Origin: an uncultured Thermoleophilia bacterium
GTDB taxonomy: Bacteria; Actinomycetota; Thermoleophilia; UBA2241
Length of the DNA: 64,000 nt
Assembly (NCBI GenBank): GCA_963767505.1
Contig: CAVYDV010000004.1
Location: 1,623-65,622, forward strand
Direction of reading: 5' to 3'
Part shown: positions 17,671 through 26,886 of the stretch, piece after piece
Layout: the number at the start of each line of letters is the position of its first letter
Position numbering within the stretch: position 1 is the first letter of the stretch
Program-made: the position numbers and the translations under genes
Notes under the pieces: generated by a model
Told to the model about the DNA's origin: nothing
Databases searched by the model: none
What the model saw: only the letters and a program-made list of their open reading frames with translations

Positions 17671-17699
17671 GCGCCCCCGATGGGGCGCAGCCCGAGGAG

Positions 17700-18179
17700 G
17701 TGCACCACGACCTCGACGAGGGCGAAGCGCCGACCGAGTTCCTCCCGGCAGACGAGATGGTCGACGAGGAGTTCCTCGCCTTCATCGGCCGACACACCGA
17801 GGGCAGCGAGGGCATCGTCTCGGGGAGCCCCCGCTGCTTCGCCGAGCGCCCCCGCGTCGAGGACGTGCTGGCCCGGGCAACGAGTCTCGTCGGGCCGCTG
17901 CGCGGCGCCAGCCACGTGGTCCGCGAGCCCATGCGCGAGTCGTACTCCGGAAGCCACCGGGTGACCGATTCGGGATTGTGGCGACTCGCGGGTCGGGAGA
18001 GCGACCATGCCGGGATGCCAGCTCTGCCCCCGTCGGTTCATCGCCGACTCCCTCAACGTCTTCGCCAGGCGCGCGACAGGCTCGGCCGCCTAGAGCTCCA
18101 CCTCGTCGACGCCTTCGAGGATGAAGGTCCGGGTCTCCTCCACGGGAGCGCCCATTCGAAGGCCTCGTGGGTCTCGTAG
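17700..18179 (+). CDS. Hypothetical acidic protein
   Basis: The first 80 codons or so have very high third-position GC. No domain was recognised. The 3' part overlaps a minus-strand pseudogene. Confidence 0.3.
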   Translation: MHHDLDEGEAPTEFLPADEMVDEEFLAFIGRHTEGSEGIVSGSPRCFAERPRVEDVLARATSLVGPLRGASHVVREPMRESYSGSHRVTDSGLWRLAGRESDHAGMPALPPSVHRRLPQRLRQARDRLGRLELHLVDAFEDEGPGLLHGSAHSKASWVS

Positions 18180-18373
18180 GAGTCAGCGAACCTGCGGGCA
18201 TTCTCGACATCGTCCTATTCAAAGAGAGCGAACAAGTCGTTGGGACCGGCGGTTGAGCGCAGCAGCCAACCGCCCTGACTGCCGAGCCGCTTGCGGCGCT
18301 TGGCGTCGTCGTCGAAGACGGCGCGGAACGTGTCGTAGCCGGCGATCTTGTGGTGGATCAGCACGTAGGGCAT
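18091..18373 (-). pseudogene. Small alpha+beta (ABM/dimeric ferredoxin-like) protein, disrupted
   Basis: MPYVLIHHKIAGYDTFRAVFDDDAKRRKRLGSQGGWLLRS...LFALFE-TAG-DDVENARRFADSYETHEAF. The TAG sits where Trp (TGG) is expected. A frameshift is then needed to reach ...VEETRTFILEGVDEVEL-stop. Confidence 0.55.
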
Positions 18374-18873
18374 GAGCGCGCTCCGTTCGATGTCATCTCC
18401 CTTCGGACCTGCAACGTCACAGTACGCCCCGAGACGTCTGGGGGAAGGACCACAGAACGGCGCGCGATGAATCCCGCAGGTCGGGGCGGAGCTGCGGGGT
18501 CTGTATCGGGGAAGCACGACGGCCGCAGCGTGGTCCTATCGCTGCGGCCGGTTGGCGGGTCTATCTCCGCCCGCACCCTTGTGCTGTGCGCGTCAGTGCG
18601 ACTTCGTAGTCCGACTCCCGGCAGAACTGAGGACGCTCCTCCCGCACGAGGTGTCGGCCTGCGTCCGCCATTCTGAAGGATGCAAGAGGGAGAGACCAGG
18701 CCATCAATGAACCGCCTCAGCGTTCTGCGGCGGTTCATCGACCACGTTTGCTGCGTCTCTCGCCCCCGTCCCGGCTGAGTATGCGATCGCGAAGCGCGAC
18801 GCCGACGGCAGGTCAACCTCGACTGAAGCACAGCGTGTAGAAGCGTGATGCCTTCACGGTTGTCAGTCGCTGA

Positions 18874-19074
18874 CTACTCGCCCTCGTTGCGATCGCAGTT
18901 GCGCATGTGGTCAAGCCACGCCACATGAGACATGAACTCAGCATCACAGGTCACGCAGCGGTATGAGTCGCACGGCGCGGCGTCTCTGTGCATCGCGCGC
19001 AGGTGATACTCGAGGCTCGCCAGTGAGTCGAACTCGGCCTCGCAGTACGGGCATGGGAGCATCTGAATCCTCAC
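18874..19074 (-). CDS. Small C2H2-type zinc-finger protein (66 aa)
   Basis: CPYC-x12-H-x4-H and CVTC-x12-H-x3-C spacings are present. A GGAGG RBS lies 6 nt before the GTG start. Confidence 0.6.
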   Translation of the reverse strand: MRIQMLPCPYCEAEFDSLASLEYHLRAMHRDAAPCDSYRCVTCDAEFMSHVAWLDHMRNCDRNEGE

Positions 19075-19234
19075 GGCGGGCCTCCACGTGAGCCTTCACT
19101 CGCACGGTGAGATCATTGTACCTCACAGCCTACGGCGTTGCCGACACCCACTCCTGATCGGCGAACTCTTCAACGGCTCACATGCTGGGAACCTGGACCA
19201 TGGCGCAGTGGCAGCCGACCACGCTCTGCTGACC

Positions 19235-20500
19235 TGACCTGCACCCCTGAGATCGGTCCACCCGCAATGTAGGGTTTCGCGACCGATGAAGGAGGCAGAT
19301 CATGCCGAAGAAGACCTACCGACCCGAGGAGATCATCGCCAAGCTGCGTCAGGCCGAGGTGCTCATCGGCCAGGGCAGGAAGATGCCGGAGGTCGTCAAG
19401 GCCCTCGGCGTCCACGAGATCACCTACTACCGCTGGCGCAAGGAGTACGGCGGTCTCCAGGTCAGCCAGGCCAAGCGCCTCAAGGATCTCGAGCGCGAGA
19501 ACGCCCGACTGCGCAAGGCGGTCTCGGACCTCTCCCTTGACAAGGTCATCCTGCAGGAGGCGACGCGGGGAAACTTCTGAGCCCCTCGCGGCGACGCAGA
19601 TGCGTGCGCGCAGTCTGTGAGGGGCTCAACGTCTCCGAACGCCGTGCCTGCAAGGCTCTCGGTCAGCATCGCTCCAGCCAGCGTCAGCACCTGACGCTGC
19701 GCCCTGACGAGGACGCCCTCACGGCGGCCGTCGTCGGTCTGGCGCGCAGCTTCGGCCGCTACGGCTACAAGCGCATCACCGGCCTCCTGCAGATGGCCGG
19801 CTGGAACGTCAACCAGAAGCGGGTGCAGCGCATCTGGCGCTCCGAGGGCCTCAAGGTGCCAGCGAAGCAGCCGAAGCGAGGTCGCTTGTGGTTGAACGAC
19901 GGCTCCTGCATCCGTCTGCGGCCGGAACGCAAGAACCACGTCTGGGCCGTACGACTTCGTCGCCGAGAAGACCGACGACGGTCGCGCTCTGAAGCTGCTC
20001 ACGGTGATAGACGAGCACACGCGCGAGTGCCTGGCGATCGTCGTCGCCAGAAGGATCACGAGCCACGAGGTGCTGATGACGCTCTCCGACCTCTTCCTCC
20101 AGTACGGCGTCAAGGAGCACATCAGATCAGACAACGGGCCAGAGTTCGTGGCCAAGGCAGTGCGCGAGTGGCTCGCCGATCTCGGGGTCACGACCCTGTT
20201 CATCGAACCGGGCTCCCCTTGGGAGAACGGCTACATCGAGTCGTTCAACGGCAGGCTCAGAGACGAGCTCTTGAACGGCGAGATCCTCTCCACGCTCAAA
20301 GAGGCACAGATCCTGATCGCCGACTGGCGGCGCCTCTACAACGGCCTGCGTCCGCACAGCTCACTGGGCAACAGACCGCCGGCACCAGAGACGATCGCCT
20401 TCCCCGGCTTCTCGCTCTCTGACTTCGCGCCTCCGAAACCTCTGCCGGAGGTGGCCCAAGCACCAACATGGGAAGTGGACCGACGAATGGGGTCCGGTCA
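19235..20500 (+). mobile_element. IS3-family insertion sequence (about 1.27 kb)
   Basis: Left end TGACCTGCACCCCTGAGATCGGTCCAC and right end GTGGACCGACGAATGGGGTCCGGTCA form imperfect terminal inverted repeats (TG...CA). The interior has an OrfA/OrfB organisation. Confidence 0.8.
19302..19580 (+). CDS. IS3 OrfA (HTH transposase subunit)
   Basis: MPKKTYRPEEIIAKLRQAEVL...ITYYRWRKEYGG...LERENARLRKAV contains a helix-turn-helix plus a leucine zipper. Confidence 0.85.
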   Translation: MPKKTYRPEEIIAKLRQAEVLIGQGRKMPEVVKALGVHEITYYRWRKEYGGLQVSQAKRLKDLERENARLRKAVSDLSLDKVILQEATRGNF

Positions 20501-20513
20501 ACATAGGAGGTAG
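19604..20513 (+). pseudogene. IS3 OrfB (DDE/rve integrase), internal frameshift near 19945
   Basis: The frame of ORF 19604 reads ...RKNHVWA, then the homologous sequence continues in the frame of ORF 20004 (YDFVAEKTDDGRALKLLTVIDEHTRE...SDNGPEF...PWENGYIESFNG). This is in addition to the normal OrfA/OrfB frameshift. Confidence 0.7.
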
Positions 20514-20524
20514 AGAGCCCGCGT

Positions 20525-21283
20525 CTACTTGGCCATGTAGCCGCCATCAACGGTCAGGGTCTCACCGGTGACGAACGATGCCGCATCAGAGCACAGCCAG
20601 GCGACGGCTTGCCCGATCTCCTCGGGCTCGCCGATGCGTGCTACGGGCGTGTCCGCAGTCAGGGCGTCCTGCATCTCCGGATTGGCCGCGACTATCTGGT
20701 CGACCATCGGGGTCCTGATGACGCCCGGACACACTGAGTTCACGCGAATCCCCGCCTGTGCATACTCGAGAGCGACGGCCTTGGTGAGACCGTTCACACC
20801 GTGCTTGGAAGCCACATAGGGACTCAGGTTCCTGACGCCGGTGAGGCCCGCGATGGATGCCGTGTTCACGATCGCTCCCCCACCCCTGGCGAGCATCCGC
20901 GGGATCTCATACTTCATGCACAGGAAGACGCCCTTCAGGTTGACGGCGATGACCCGGTCGTAGTCCTTCTCCGAGTAGTCGGCTGCCGGCCCCATAGGGC
21001 CGTCGATGCCCGCGTTGTTGTGCGCACAGTCGAGCCCTCCGAAGGTCTCCACCGCGAAGTCGACGGCAGCCGCTACCTCACCTGCCTGCGAGACATCACA
21101 GGCGACGAAGGCGGCCTCTCCTCCTGCGCTCCTGATCGCCTCGACAGTCGCAGCACCGCCATCGGCGTCCACATCCGCAGCCACGACCTTCGCGCCCTCT
21201 CGCGCGAAGACCCCTGCCGTGGATCGGCCTATCCCGGAACTGGCGCCTGTGATCAGAGCGATCTTGTCTTCTAGAAGTCCCAT
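20525..21283 (-). CDS. SDR family oxidoreductase
   Basis: Motifs: TGASSGIG, NNAG, YVASKHG. A GGGAGGGG RBS precedes ATG 21283. Confidence 0.9.
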   Translation of the reverse strand: MGLLEDKIALITGASSGIGRSTAGVFAREGAKVVAADVDADGGAATVEAIRSAGGEAAFVACDVSQAGEVAAAVDFAVETFGGLDCAHNNAGIDGPMGPAADYSEKDYDRVIAVNLKGVFLCMKYEIPRMLARGGGAIVNTASIAGLTGVRNLSPYVASKHGVNGLTKAVALEYAQAGIRVNSVCPGVIRTPMVDQIVAANPEMQDALTADTPVARIGEPEEIGQAVAWLCSDAASFVTGETLTVDGGYMAK

Positions 21284-21495
21284 CTTCCCCTCCCTCGACT
21301 TGGCGACAGCGAGGCGGCGCATTGCCGCGACGCTTCCGCCTTCGGTCATCGTCGTTCCAGCGCTCGTCGACGCTCCAGTCCCGAAGACACATCGAGTGGA
21401 CCTGTCGCTGCCGGTGACGTGCCAGTCTCGTGATCGGAGACCACGCTGCCATGTCCTCGCGACGCTGCCCTCCCTTCGGTCTAGACCCCCTGATA

Positions 21496-21509
21496 TGGGC
21501 ATATGCCCA
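21496..21509. promoter_or_regulatory. Perfect 14-bp palindrome TGGGCATATGCCCA
   Basis: It is a symmetric variant of the TGAGCATATGCTCA motif, located in the non-coding region between the SDR gene and the peroxiredoxin. A related half-site, CATATGCCCA, lies at 21761-21770. Confidence 0.35.
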
Positions 21510-22107
21510 GCATATCACCTTCAGGAGCGGCTACAAGGTCAGGCGTCCAGAGCCTCTCGGTCACGCCTTTGCGACGCAGGCGATCCCAGCTCTCTCATAG
21601 CTCCGTGCAGCCGAAGTCGGATGCGCGGATGGTGAGTACCGTCTCACGCCGAAGCGGGTCGGTCCCTTACCGGCGGCGGCCTCCCGGACGCCTCAGCGCG
21701 AACGGCTGTGCGGACCCATTGCCGATGTGCGCCAGCTCAGCCAACAGCAGGAGTAGCTGCCATATGCCCATAGTTGCGCGTAGACCAACTGTGTTCTGAC
21801 CAAACGAGCTGTAGAGGCGTCGGCGCGGTCGGCGCGGAGGCGCTCATCTCCGTGGTGTGGATACGGGCCCGGCCACGGTATGGGCGTTGTCGCCGGGTGA
21901 CCCGTGAGCACCGCGAGGCCCGCGTGAGCGAAGCGAGTCAGGTGCGCAACGGTGGGCATCGGAGCGGCGCGAAGCGAAGGACGAGAAGGAGGGACGTGAG
22001 GGATGGACGACAGTGACGTCGGATGCGCTCGTCCAACGGGTTCCGTGGTCGGCGCGGAGCCGGCGAAGAAGGACGACGCACAAGCCACCGAACGGAAGGA
22101 GACCAGT

Positions 22108-22716
22108 GTGAGCAGCATCATGGTCGGCCGCAAGGCGCCGGACTTCGTCGCGCCCGCCTACCACAAGGGCGCCTTCACCCAGGTCAAGCTCTCCGACTAC
22201 CTGGGCAAGTGGGTCGTCCTGTGCTTCTACCCGGGCGATTTCACCTTCGTCTGACCGACCGAGATCTCGGCGGTCGCCGAGAAGTACGACGAGTTCCAGG
22301 CGCTGGGCGTCGAGGTGCTGTCGGCCAGCGTGGACTCGCAGTTCGTCCACAAGATGTGGGACGAGAACGAGCTCTCGAAGATGGTGGAGGGCGGCGTGCC
22401 GTTCCCGATGCTCGCCGACGCGGCGGGCCATCTGGGCACCGCCTACGGCGTCTACGACGACGAGGCCGGCGTAGACGTCCGTGGCCGCTTCATCATCGAC
22501 CCGGACGGCGTGATCCAGGCCATGGAGGTGCTCACGCCGCCCGTGGGCCGCAGGGTCGAGGAGTCGCTCCGGCAGATCCAGGCGTTCCAGCACGTGCGTA
22601 CCACGGGGGGCAAAGAGGTCACGCCCTCCGGCTGGGAGCCCGGCAAGAAGGTCCTCAAGCCCGGCCCCGACCTGGTGGGCCGCGTGTGGGAGGTCTGGCA
22701 GCCGGCGGATGCCTAG
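22108..22716 (+). CDS. prxU: Peroxiredoxin (AhpC/Prx1 type) with in-frame TGA at the peroxidatic-Cys codon; candidate selenoprotein
   Basis: An AAGGAG RBS lies 6 nt before GTG 22108. ORFs 22003-22254 and 22315-22716 share one frame. The junction reads [19 protein letters not shown], against the family motif FTFVCPTE. Confidence 0.7.
22253..22275 (+). promoter_or_regulatory. SECIS-like hairpin starting at the G of the UGA
   Basis: GACCG-A-CCGA [GAUC] UCGG-CGGUC forms 9 bp with one bulge and a 4-nt loop. Confidence 0.4.
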
Positions 22717-22919
22717 CCTGCGGCGCTGATCACCGCTTTCGGCAACGAGAAGCAGGGCTGCCCCGGGGCAAGCCCCGTTGCTCGTGGGAACGCATCATCA
22801 GGGGTCGCCGACTCGGCCGATGGTTCCCAGTCGCTGGCACTCCCCGACACTGATCCACGTGATCAACACGGTGCTTGGGCTCCTGCCGAAGGACCTGCCG
22901 ACGCCCTCGACGACGCCGT

Positions 22920-23198
22920 GACCGGGGGCTTCGACACCCCTGCGGTCCACCACCGAGTCGTGCTCTGCGCGCCCTTCGAACGGACCCCGACACGGCCCGG
23001 TGCGACCATTCTGCAGCCCAGATCCACGCGACTGGATAGGAGCGGGGGGGCGGAGGGGAGCGACTGGACCGCCCCACCAGCGCCGGAGACGATCGCCTGG
23101 CCGGGCTTTGCGCTCTCTGACTGCGGGCCTCCGAAAGCTATGACGGAGGCGGCTCTGGGACGAACATGCGAAGTGGACCGACGAATGGGGTCCGGTCA
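22920..23198 (+). repeat. Left arm of a 279-bp perfect inverted repeat (nested IS right-end remnants)
   Basis: It is the reverse complement of 32155-32433, and the encoded peptide strings are identical. It ends with the IS3-type terminus ...GTGGACCGACGAATGGGGTCCGGTCA. Confidence 0.85.
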
Positions 23199-23220
23199 CT
23201 CGGCGGCCGCGTCCCCTCAC

Positions 23221-23604
23221 TCAGTGCCGGCAGGCCCCCTCAAGCCCGACCACCGGCAGGTCTCCCCGCACGAAGGCTGTCGCAGCCGTCTGCACGTCCG
23301 GACCAGTCCCGGCGTGCACCGCGATGCCGACCTGGCCGAAGCCCATGAGCGGCCGGCCGCCGATGCCGTCGACGACGATGGCGTCGACCGTGTTCTCGGC
23401 CAGGAGAAGCACTGGCCGCATGCAGCCGCCCTCCTCATGTGGAGTGTTCTGCACGACCTCGACGCCGGCCACGTCGCCGTCGACGACCTCGACCACGGTG
23501 AAGCAGTCGCAGCGGCCGAAGTGCCCTGACCGTCGCGCCTCGAGACCGCCCGGAGCTTCCGAGGGGATTGCGATGCGCACCGTCGTTCCGTTGAGTTCAC
23601 TCAT
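23221..23604 (-). CDS. NifX/NifB-like (dinitrogenase FeMo-cofactor-binding domain) protein 1
   Basis: VRIAIPSE...SGHFGRCDCFTVVEV...DAIVVDGIGGRPLMGFGQVGIAV matches the family pattern. Confidence 0.8.
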   Translation of the reverse strand: MSELNGTTVRIAIPSEAPGGLEARRSGHFGRCDCFTVVEVVDGDVAGVEVVQNTPHEEGGCMRPVLLLAENTVDAIVVDGIGGRPLMGFGQVGIAVHAGTGPDVQTAATAFVRGDLPVVGLEGACRH

Positions 23605-23670
23605 GTGGATCAGACTCCGTTCCTGGTTGGTGGATCGATATCGTGGGGCCGACGGTCGCGGTGAAGGCCG

Positions 23671-24168
23671 TCAGGCGCTGGCGTGACCCGGACCGCGGCC
23701 GCGCTTCTGGCGACCGGCGCCGGCGCCCCGGCTTCCATGTCCCATCCCGCAGTGCCCTGCCGCATCCCAGCAGGTGCCCACCTCGGCAGAGCCGCAGGAT
23801 GGGCAGGCGGCCGGTGGCGGGTCATCTGGTGGGGCGCCCCAGAGGGAGCCGCAGGAGGCGCAGCAGAGCTGCCGCGGCTCGATACGGTACTGACCCCCAC
23901 CGATGAGGATCGCCTTGCCCGCTACGAGCGCCTCTGCGACCTTGGCTCTGCCCCGCTCGAGCACGCGGCCGACGGTCTGGCGCGAGATGCCCATGGCTTC
24001 GGCCGCCTGCTCGTGGCTCAGCCCGTCGAGGTCGACGAGGCGGATGGCCTCCAGCTCGTCGACCGTCAGCTGCAACTGCTCGAGCTCGCGGCCCGGCACG
24101 CCCGCCGGCTTGAACAGGGTCGCCCGCGGCACGCCGCCGACGGCGCGCTCAATCGGTGGGCGGGGCAT
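23671..24168 (-). CDS. DUF134 (UPF0251) putative DNA-binding protein with C-terminal Zn ribbon
   Basis: MPRPPIERAVGGVPRATLFKP...LTVDELEAIRLVDLDGLSHEQAAEAMGISRQTVGRVLERGRAKVA has a sigma-70 region-4-like HTH. The Zn ribbon is CASCG...CPSCG. An AGGAGA RBS is present. Confidence 0.85.
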   Translation of the reverse strand: MPRPPIERAVGGVPRATLFKPAGVPGRELEQLQLTVDELEAIRLVDLDGLSHEQAAEAMGISRQTVGRVLERGRAKVAEALVAGKAILIGGGQYRIEPRQLCCASCGSLWGAPPDDPPPAACPSCGSAEVGTCWDAAGHCGMGHGSRGAGAGRQKRGRGPGHASA

Positions 24169-24186
24169 GTCCGTCTCCTGTGGTTC

Positions 24187-24200
24187 CTAGCATATGCTCA
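24187..24200. promoter_or_regulatory. Operator-like site CTAGCATATGCTCA (12 of 14 match to TGAGCATATGCTCA)
   Basis: It lies about 20 nt upstream of the DUF134 start codon, between the RG-rich ORF and the DUF134 gene. Confidence 0.45.
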
Positions 24201-24224
24201 TCCTAGAGGGGGCGAGGTCCGGCT

Positions 24225-24650
24225 TCAACACGCCGGCTTCTCGCTGTCTACTGTGTGGTCGGCCGTGTCGTGCGACGCCGGGAGAGCCCGGGGTGCAGGC
24301 TGGGTCGCACCCACTTCGATCGTCCTTCTCTGCGCCGGCACCTCGCTTGGCGTCGGCGGATCCAGCCGCAGGTAGGCGCCGCCCAGGCGCCGGGCCGGTT
24401 CACGACGGCTCAGCGCCAGGCGCAGTGCGGTCCGGCGCAGCAGGGGCCGCGTCAGTCCCTCGGCATCGCGGATGTCCTGCACGACGTAGGCGCCGGCCGC
24501 GACCAGGGTCCGGGTCGCTGTGCGCCCGCCCAGGCCGCCCTCGCTGCTCCGGGCATTGCCCCAGCGACCGCTACGGCCTCGCCCGGTGCCCTTGCATGGT
24601 GGCCCTCCCCGTCGTTGTCGGCGGTACCCGGGCCTTCCGTCTGCGTGCAT
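24225..24650 (-). CDS. Hypothetical protein with Arg/Gly-rich N-terminus (141 aa)
   Basis: An AGGAGGAAGG RBS overlaps the end of the upstream gene. The N-terminus is MHADGRPGYRRQRRGGPPCKGTGRGRSGRWGN. No domain was recognised. Confidence 0.5.
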   Translation of the reverse strand: MHADGRPGYRRQRRGGPPCKGTGRGRSGRWGNARSSEGGLGGRTATRTLVAAGAYVVQDIRDAEGLTRPLLRRTALRLALSRREPARRLGGAYLRLDPPTPSEVPAQRRTIEVGATQPAPRALPASHDTADHTVDSEKPAC

Positions 24651-24667
24651 GGCTGCTTCCTTCCTCC

Positions 24668-25024
24668 TCATGTCCAGTGACCGCTGACGGTGGGTGCCTC
24701 GACCGCTTCGAGCTCGCCGCGCTCGAGAGCGGCCAGGGCGTCGTGCGCGGTCACTCCGTTGCTCGTCTGGTAGATGGCGATGTCCGCAGCGGCGAGCACC
24801 CGGTGCGCGTTCGGCCCGACATTGCCGGTGATGACCGCCCCGGCGCCGTGCGACGCCACGGCGTTGCCCGTCTGGATGCCGGCGCCGCCGCTGGCGACCG
24901 CGTTCTCGCGAGCCTGCCACTCGCCGGTCTCGGTGTCAGCGACGATGAACCAGCGGGCGCGGCCGAACCTGGGGTCGACCAGGGACCCGATATCGTTGCC
25001 CTGTGTACTGATGGCTACTCTCAT
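24668..25024 (-). CDS. NifX/NifB-like (FeMo-cofactor-binding domain) protein 2
   Basis: MRVAISTQGNDIGSLVDPRFGRARWFIVAD...AGAVITGNVGPNAHRVLAAADIAIY. The start overlaps the radical SAM stop (ATGA). Confidence 0.85.
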   Translation of the reverse strand: MRVAISTQGNDIGSLVDPRFGRARWFIVADTETGEWQARENAVASGGAGIQTGNAVASHGAGAVITGNVGPNAHRVLAAADIAIYQTSNGVTAHDALAALERGELEAVEAPTVSGHWT

Positions 25025-25986
25025 GGCTGCTCCTCTATTCGATGCTCGATGGCGGCGGGCGCCGCCAGGTAGAACGATTCGCCCTCGTGGGTGTGCAGCT
25101 CAACGACGCCTTGAGTCACCAAGGCAGTGGCCGCCTTGAGCGCCTCGCCGTGGTGAAGGCCCAAGCCAGCGGCGATGTCGGCTGTGGTGCACGGACGCCG
25201 CGAGAGCAGTGCCAGGATGTCGGCACTGTGGACGGCTCGGCTGCCAGCGGCGGGCAGGGTGTCGGCGATCACCTCGGCGTGCGGGGTGAAGAGACCGGCG
25301 AACTGCTGCAGAAGGCCCTCCGCGACTGGCGTCACGAACGACTCCGCCGGGGGGCGCACCGCCGTGTTCAGCTGGATCCGGTCGGGGGTGATGCGCGCTG
25401 CCAGCTCCGCGAGCCGCTGCACCTCGGACAGCAGCCCGGTGACGCCGGCGAGCAGCATGACCTCGAGCCAAAACTGCCCGGAGAAGTTCTGGCGGAAGGC
25501 GATCATGCCGTCGACCACCTCGTCGAAGCGCAGTGCTGCGTGAGGACGGTTGATGAGCTGGAACAGGCCGCCATCTGGGGCGTCGAGTGACGGCAACACG
25601 ATGTCGGCGGCCGCCAGTCCTCGGCGCACCGTCGGGTGGCTGAAGAGCGACCCGTTGGTGACCACCGCCACCGGCACGTCCGTGAGCCCCTTGATGCCGG
25701 CGATCACTTCGCCGATCCCCGCATGCAGGGTCGGTTCACCCGATCCGGCGAGAGCGATGGCGTCAGGCTCCGAATCGAGCTTGGCGCGCACCTGAGCGAC
25801 AACGTCTGGTGGGTCGACCCAACGCTGCCTGCGCACCGTCTTGCACGTAGTACGGCCGAGCTGGCAGTAGATGCAGTCGTAGGTGCACGTCTTGAGGGGC
25901 ACGAGGTCGACGCCGAGGGAGCGCCCCAGGCGACGGGAGGGCACCGGCCCGTAGACAAGCTGTTCTGTGCTGACGGCGAAGGGCAT
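25021..25986 (-). CDS. Radical SAM protein
   Basis: YGPVPSRRLGRSLGVDLVPLKTCTYDCIYCQLG carries the CxxxCxxC motif. GSGEPTL is also present. Confidence 0.85.
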   Translation of the reverse strand: MPFAVSTEQLVYGPVPSRRLGRSLGVDLVPLKTCTYDCIYCQLGRTTCKTVRRQRWVDPPDVVAQVRAKLDSEPDAIALAGSGEPTLHAGIGEVIAGIKGLTDVPVAVVTNGSLFSHPTVRRGLAAADIVLPSLDAPDGGLFQLINRPHAALRFDEVVDGMIAFRQNFSGQFWLEVMLLAGVTGLLSEVQRLAELAARITPDRIQLNTAVRPPAESFVTPVAEGLLQQFAGLFTPHAEVIADTLPAAGSRAVHSADILALLSRRPCTTADIAAGLGLHHGEALKAATALVTQGVVELHTHEGESFYLAAPAAIEHRIEEQP

Positions 25987-25989
25987 CCT

Positions 25990-26886
25990 CTACCCCGTCT
26001 GACTGTGAGCGGAGTGCTCGGTCGGTGTGAGCAGCGGCTCGATGGCGGCCGAGAACGCCGCGGTCGCCGGCGATCCAGAGAACGCCTGCACGAAAGGTAC
26101 GCCGCACTCTCCGGCCTGCACGACCGTCGGATCCATCGGGATGCGGCCGAGGAACGGCACCCCGGCAATTGTGGCCATGGTCTCTGCGCCGCCGCTCTGA
26201 AAGATGTCGGTGGTCTCGCCACAGTGTGGGCAGACGAAGCCGCTCATGTTCTCGATCACGCCCAGCACCGGGAGATCGCGCGTCCTGCAGAAGGCCAACG
26301 CCTTGCGCACGTCGCTGACCGCCACGCTCTGTGGGGTGGAGACGACTACGGCTCCCACTCCTGCGTCGAGCATCTCGACCAGCGCCAGTGCCTCGTCCCC
26401 AGTACCGGGAGGAGCGTCGACCACGAGGCAGTCGATGTGGCCCCAGTCGAGCCTGGCGAGCATGTCGCGGATCGCCGAGTACTTGCGCGGGCCGTGGCAC
26501 ATGACAACGGCGTCCTCCTCGGGCAGAAAGAACTGGATCGACATGGCCCACAGGATCTCGCTCGCCTTGGCTCGGGCAACGCCGCTGACGTGCCCCGGCC
26601 GAGGCGCATAGTCGATCCCCAGGAGACCCGGGACGCTGGGGCGGTAGAGGTCGACATCGAGCAGACCGACGCGCCTCCCGGCGTCCGCCAGCGCCGTGGC
26701 CAGGTTCAACGCCACGGTGCTCTTGCCCACTCCGTCCTTGCCCGACAGCAAGAGCAGCTTCTGGCGAACGCTCAGCAAGCGGAAATGTAGCTCGACCTGT
26801 CGTCGGCGGGGATCACCATCAACATGGGCGCGGCCCCCATCGTGCCCCTCGAGTCCTGCCTTGCGGGTCACGTGGCCTTCACGCAT
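25990..26886 (-). CDS. Mrp/NBP35 (ApbC-like) Fe-S cluster carrier ATPase
   Basis: Features: deviant Walker A SGKDGVGKST, VVDAPPGTGD, and GVIENMSGFVCPHCGE. The start is uncertain. Confidence 0.85.
   Translation of the reverse strand: MREGHVTRKAGLEGHDGGRAHVDGDPRRRQVELHFRLLSVRQKLLLLSGKDGVGKSTVALNLATALADAGRRVGLLDVDLYRPSVPGLLGIDYAPRPGHVSGVARAKASEILWAMSIQFFLPEEDAVVMCHGPRKYSAIRDMLARLDWGHIDCLVVDAPPGTGDEALALVEMLDAGVGAVVVSTPQSVAVSDVRKALAFCRTRDLPVLGVIENMSGFVCPHCGETTDIFQSGGAETMATIAGVPFLGRIPMDPTVVQAGECGVPFVQAFSGSPATAAFSAAIEPLLTPTEHSAHSQTG

Noticed and set aside
17667-18222. Minus-strand ORFs 17667-18056 and 17782-18222 downstream of MoxR, considered as a possible VWA/DUF58 partner.
   Set aside because: No VWA/MIDAS or DUF58 motifs are present. 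The plus-strand frame has a better codon signal. MoxR therefore appears to be an orphan here.
23221-25024. The NifX/NifB-like genes considered as evidence for nitrogen fixation.
   Set aside because: No nifH, nifD, nifK, nifE or nifN is present. The small stand-alone FeMo-cofactor-binding-domain proteins occur widely in non-diazotrophs, in the DUF134/COG1149 context.
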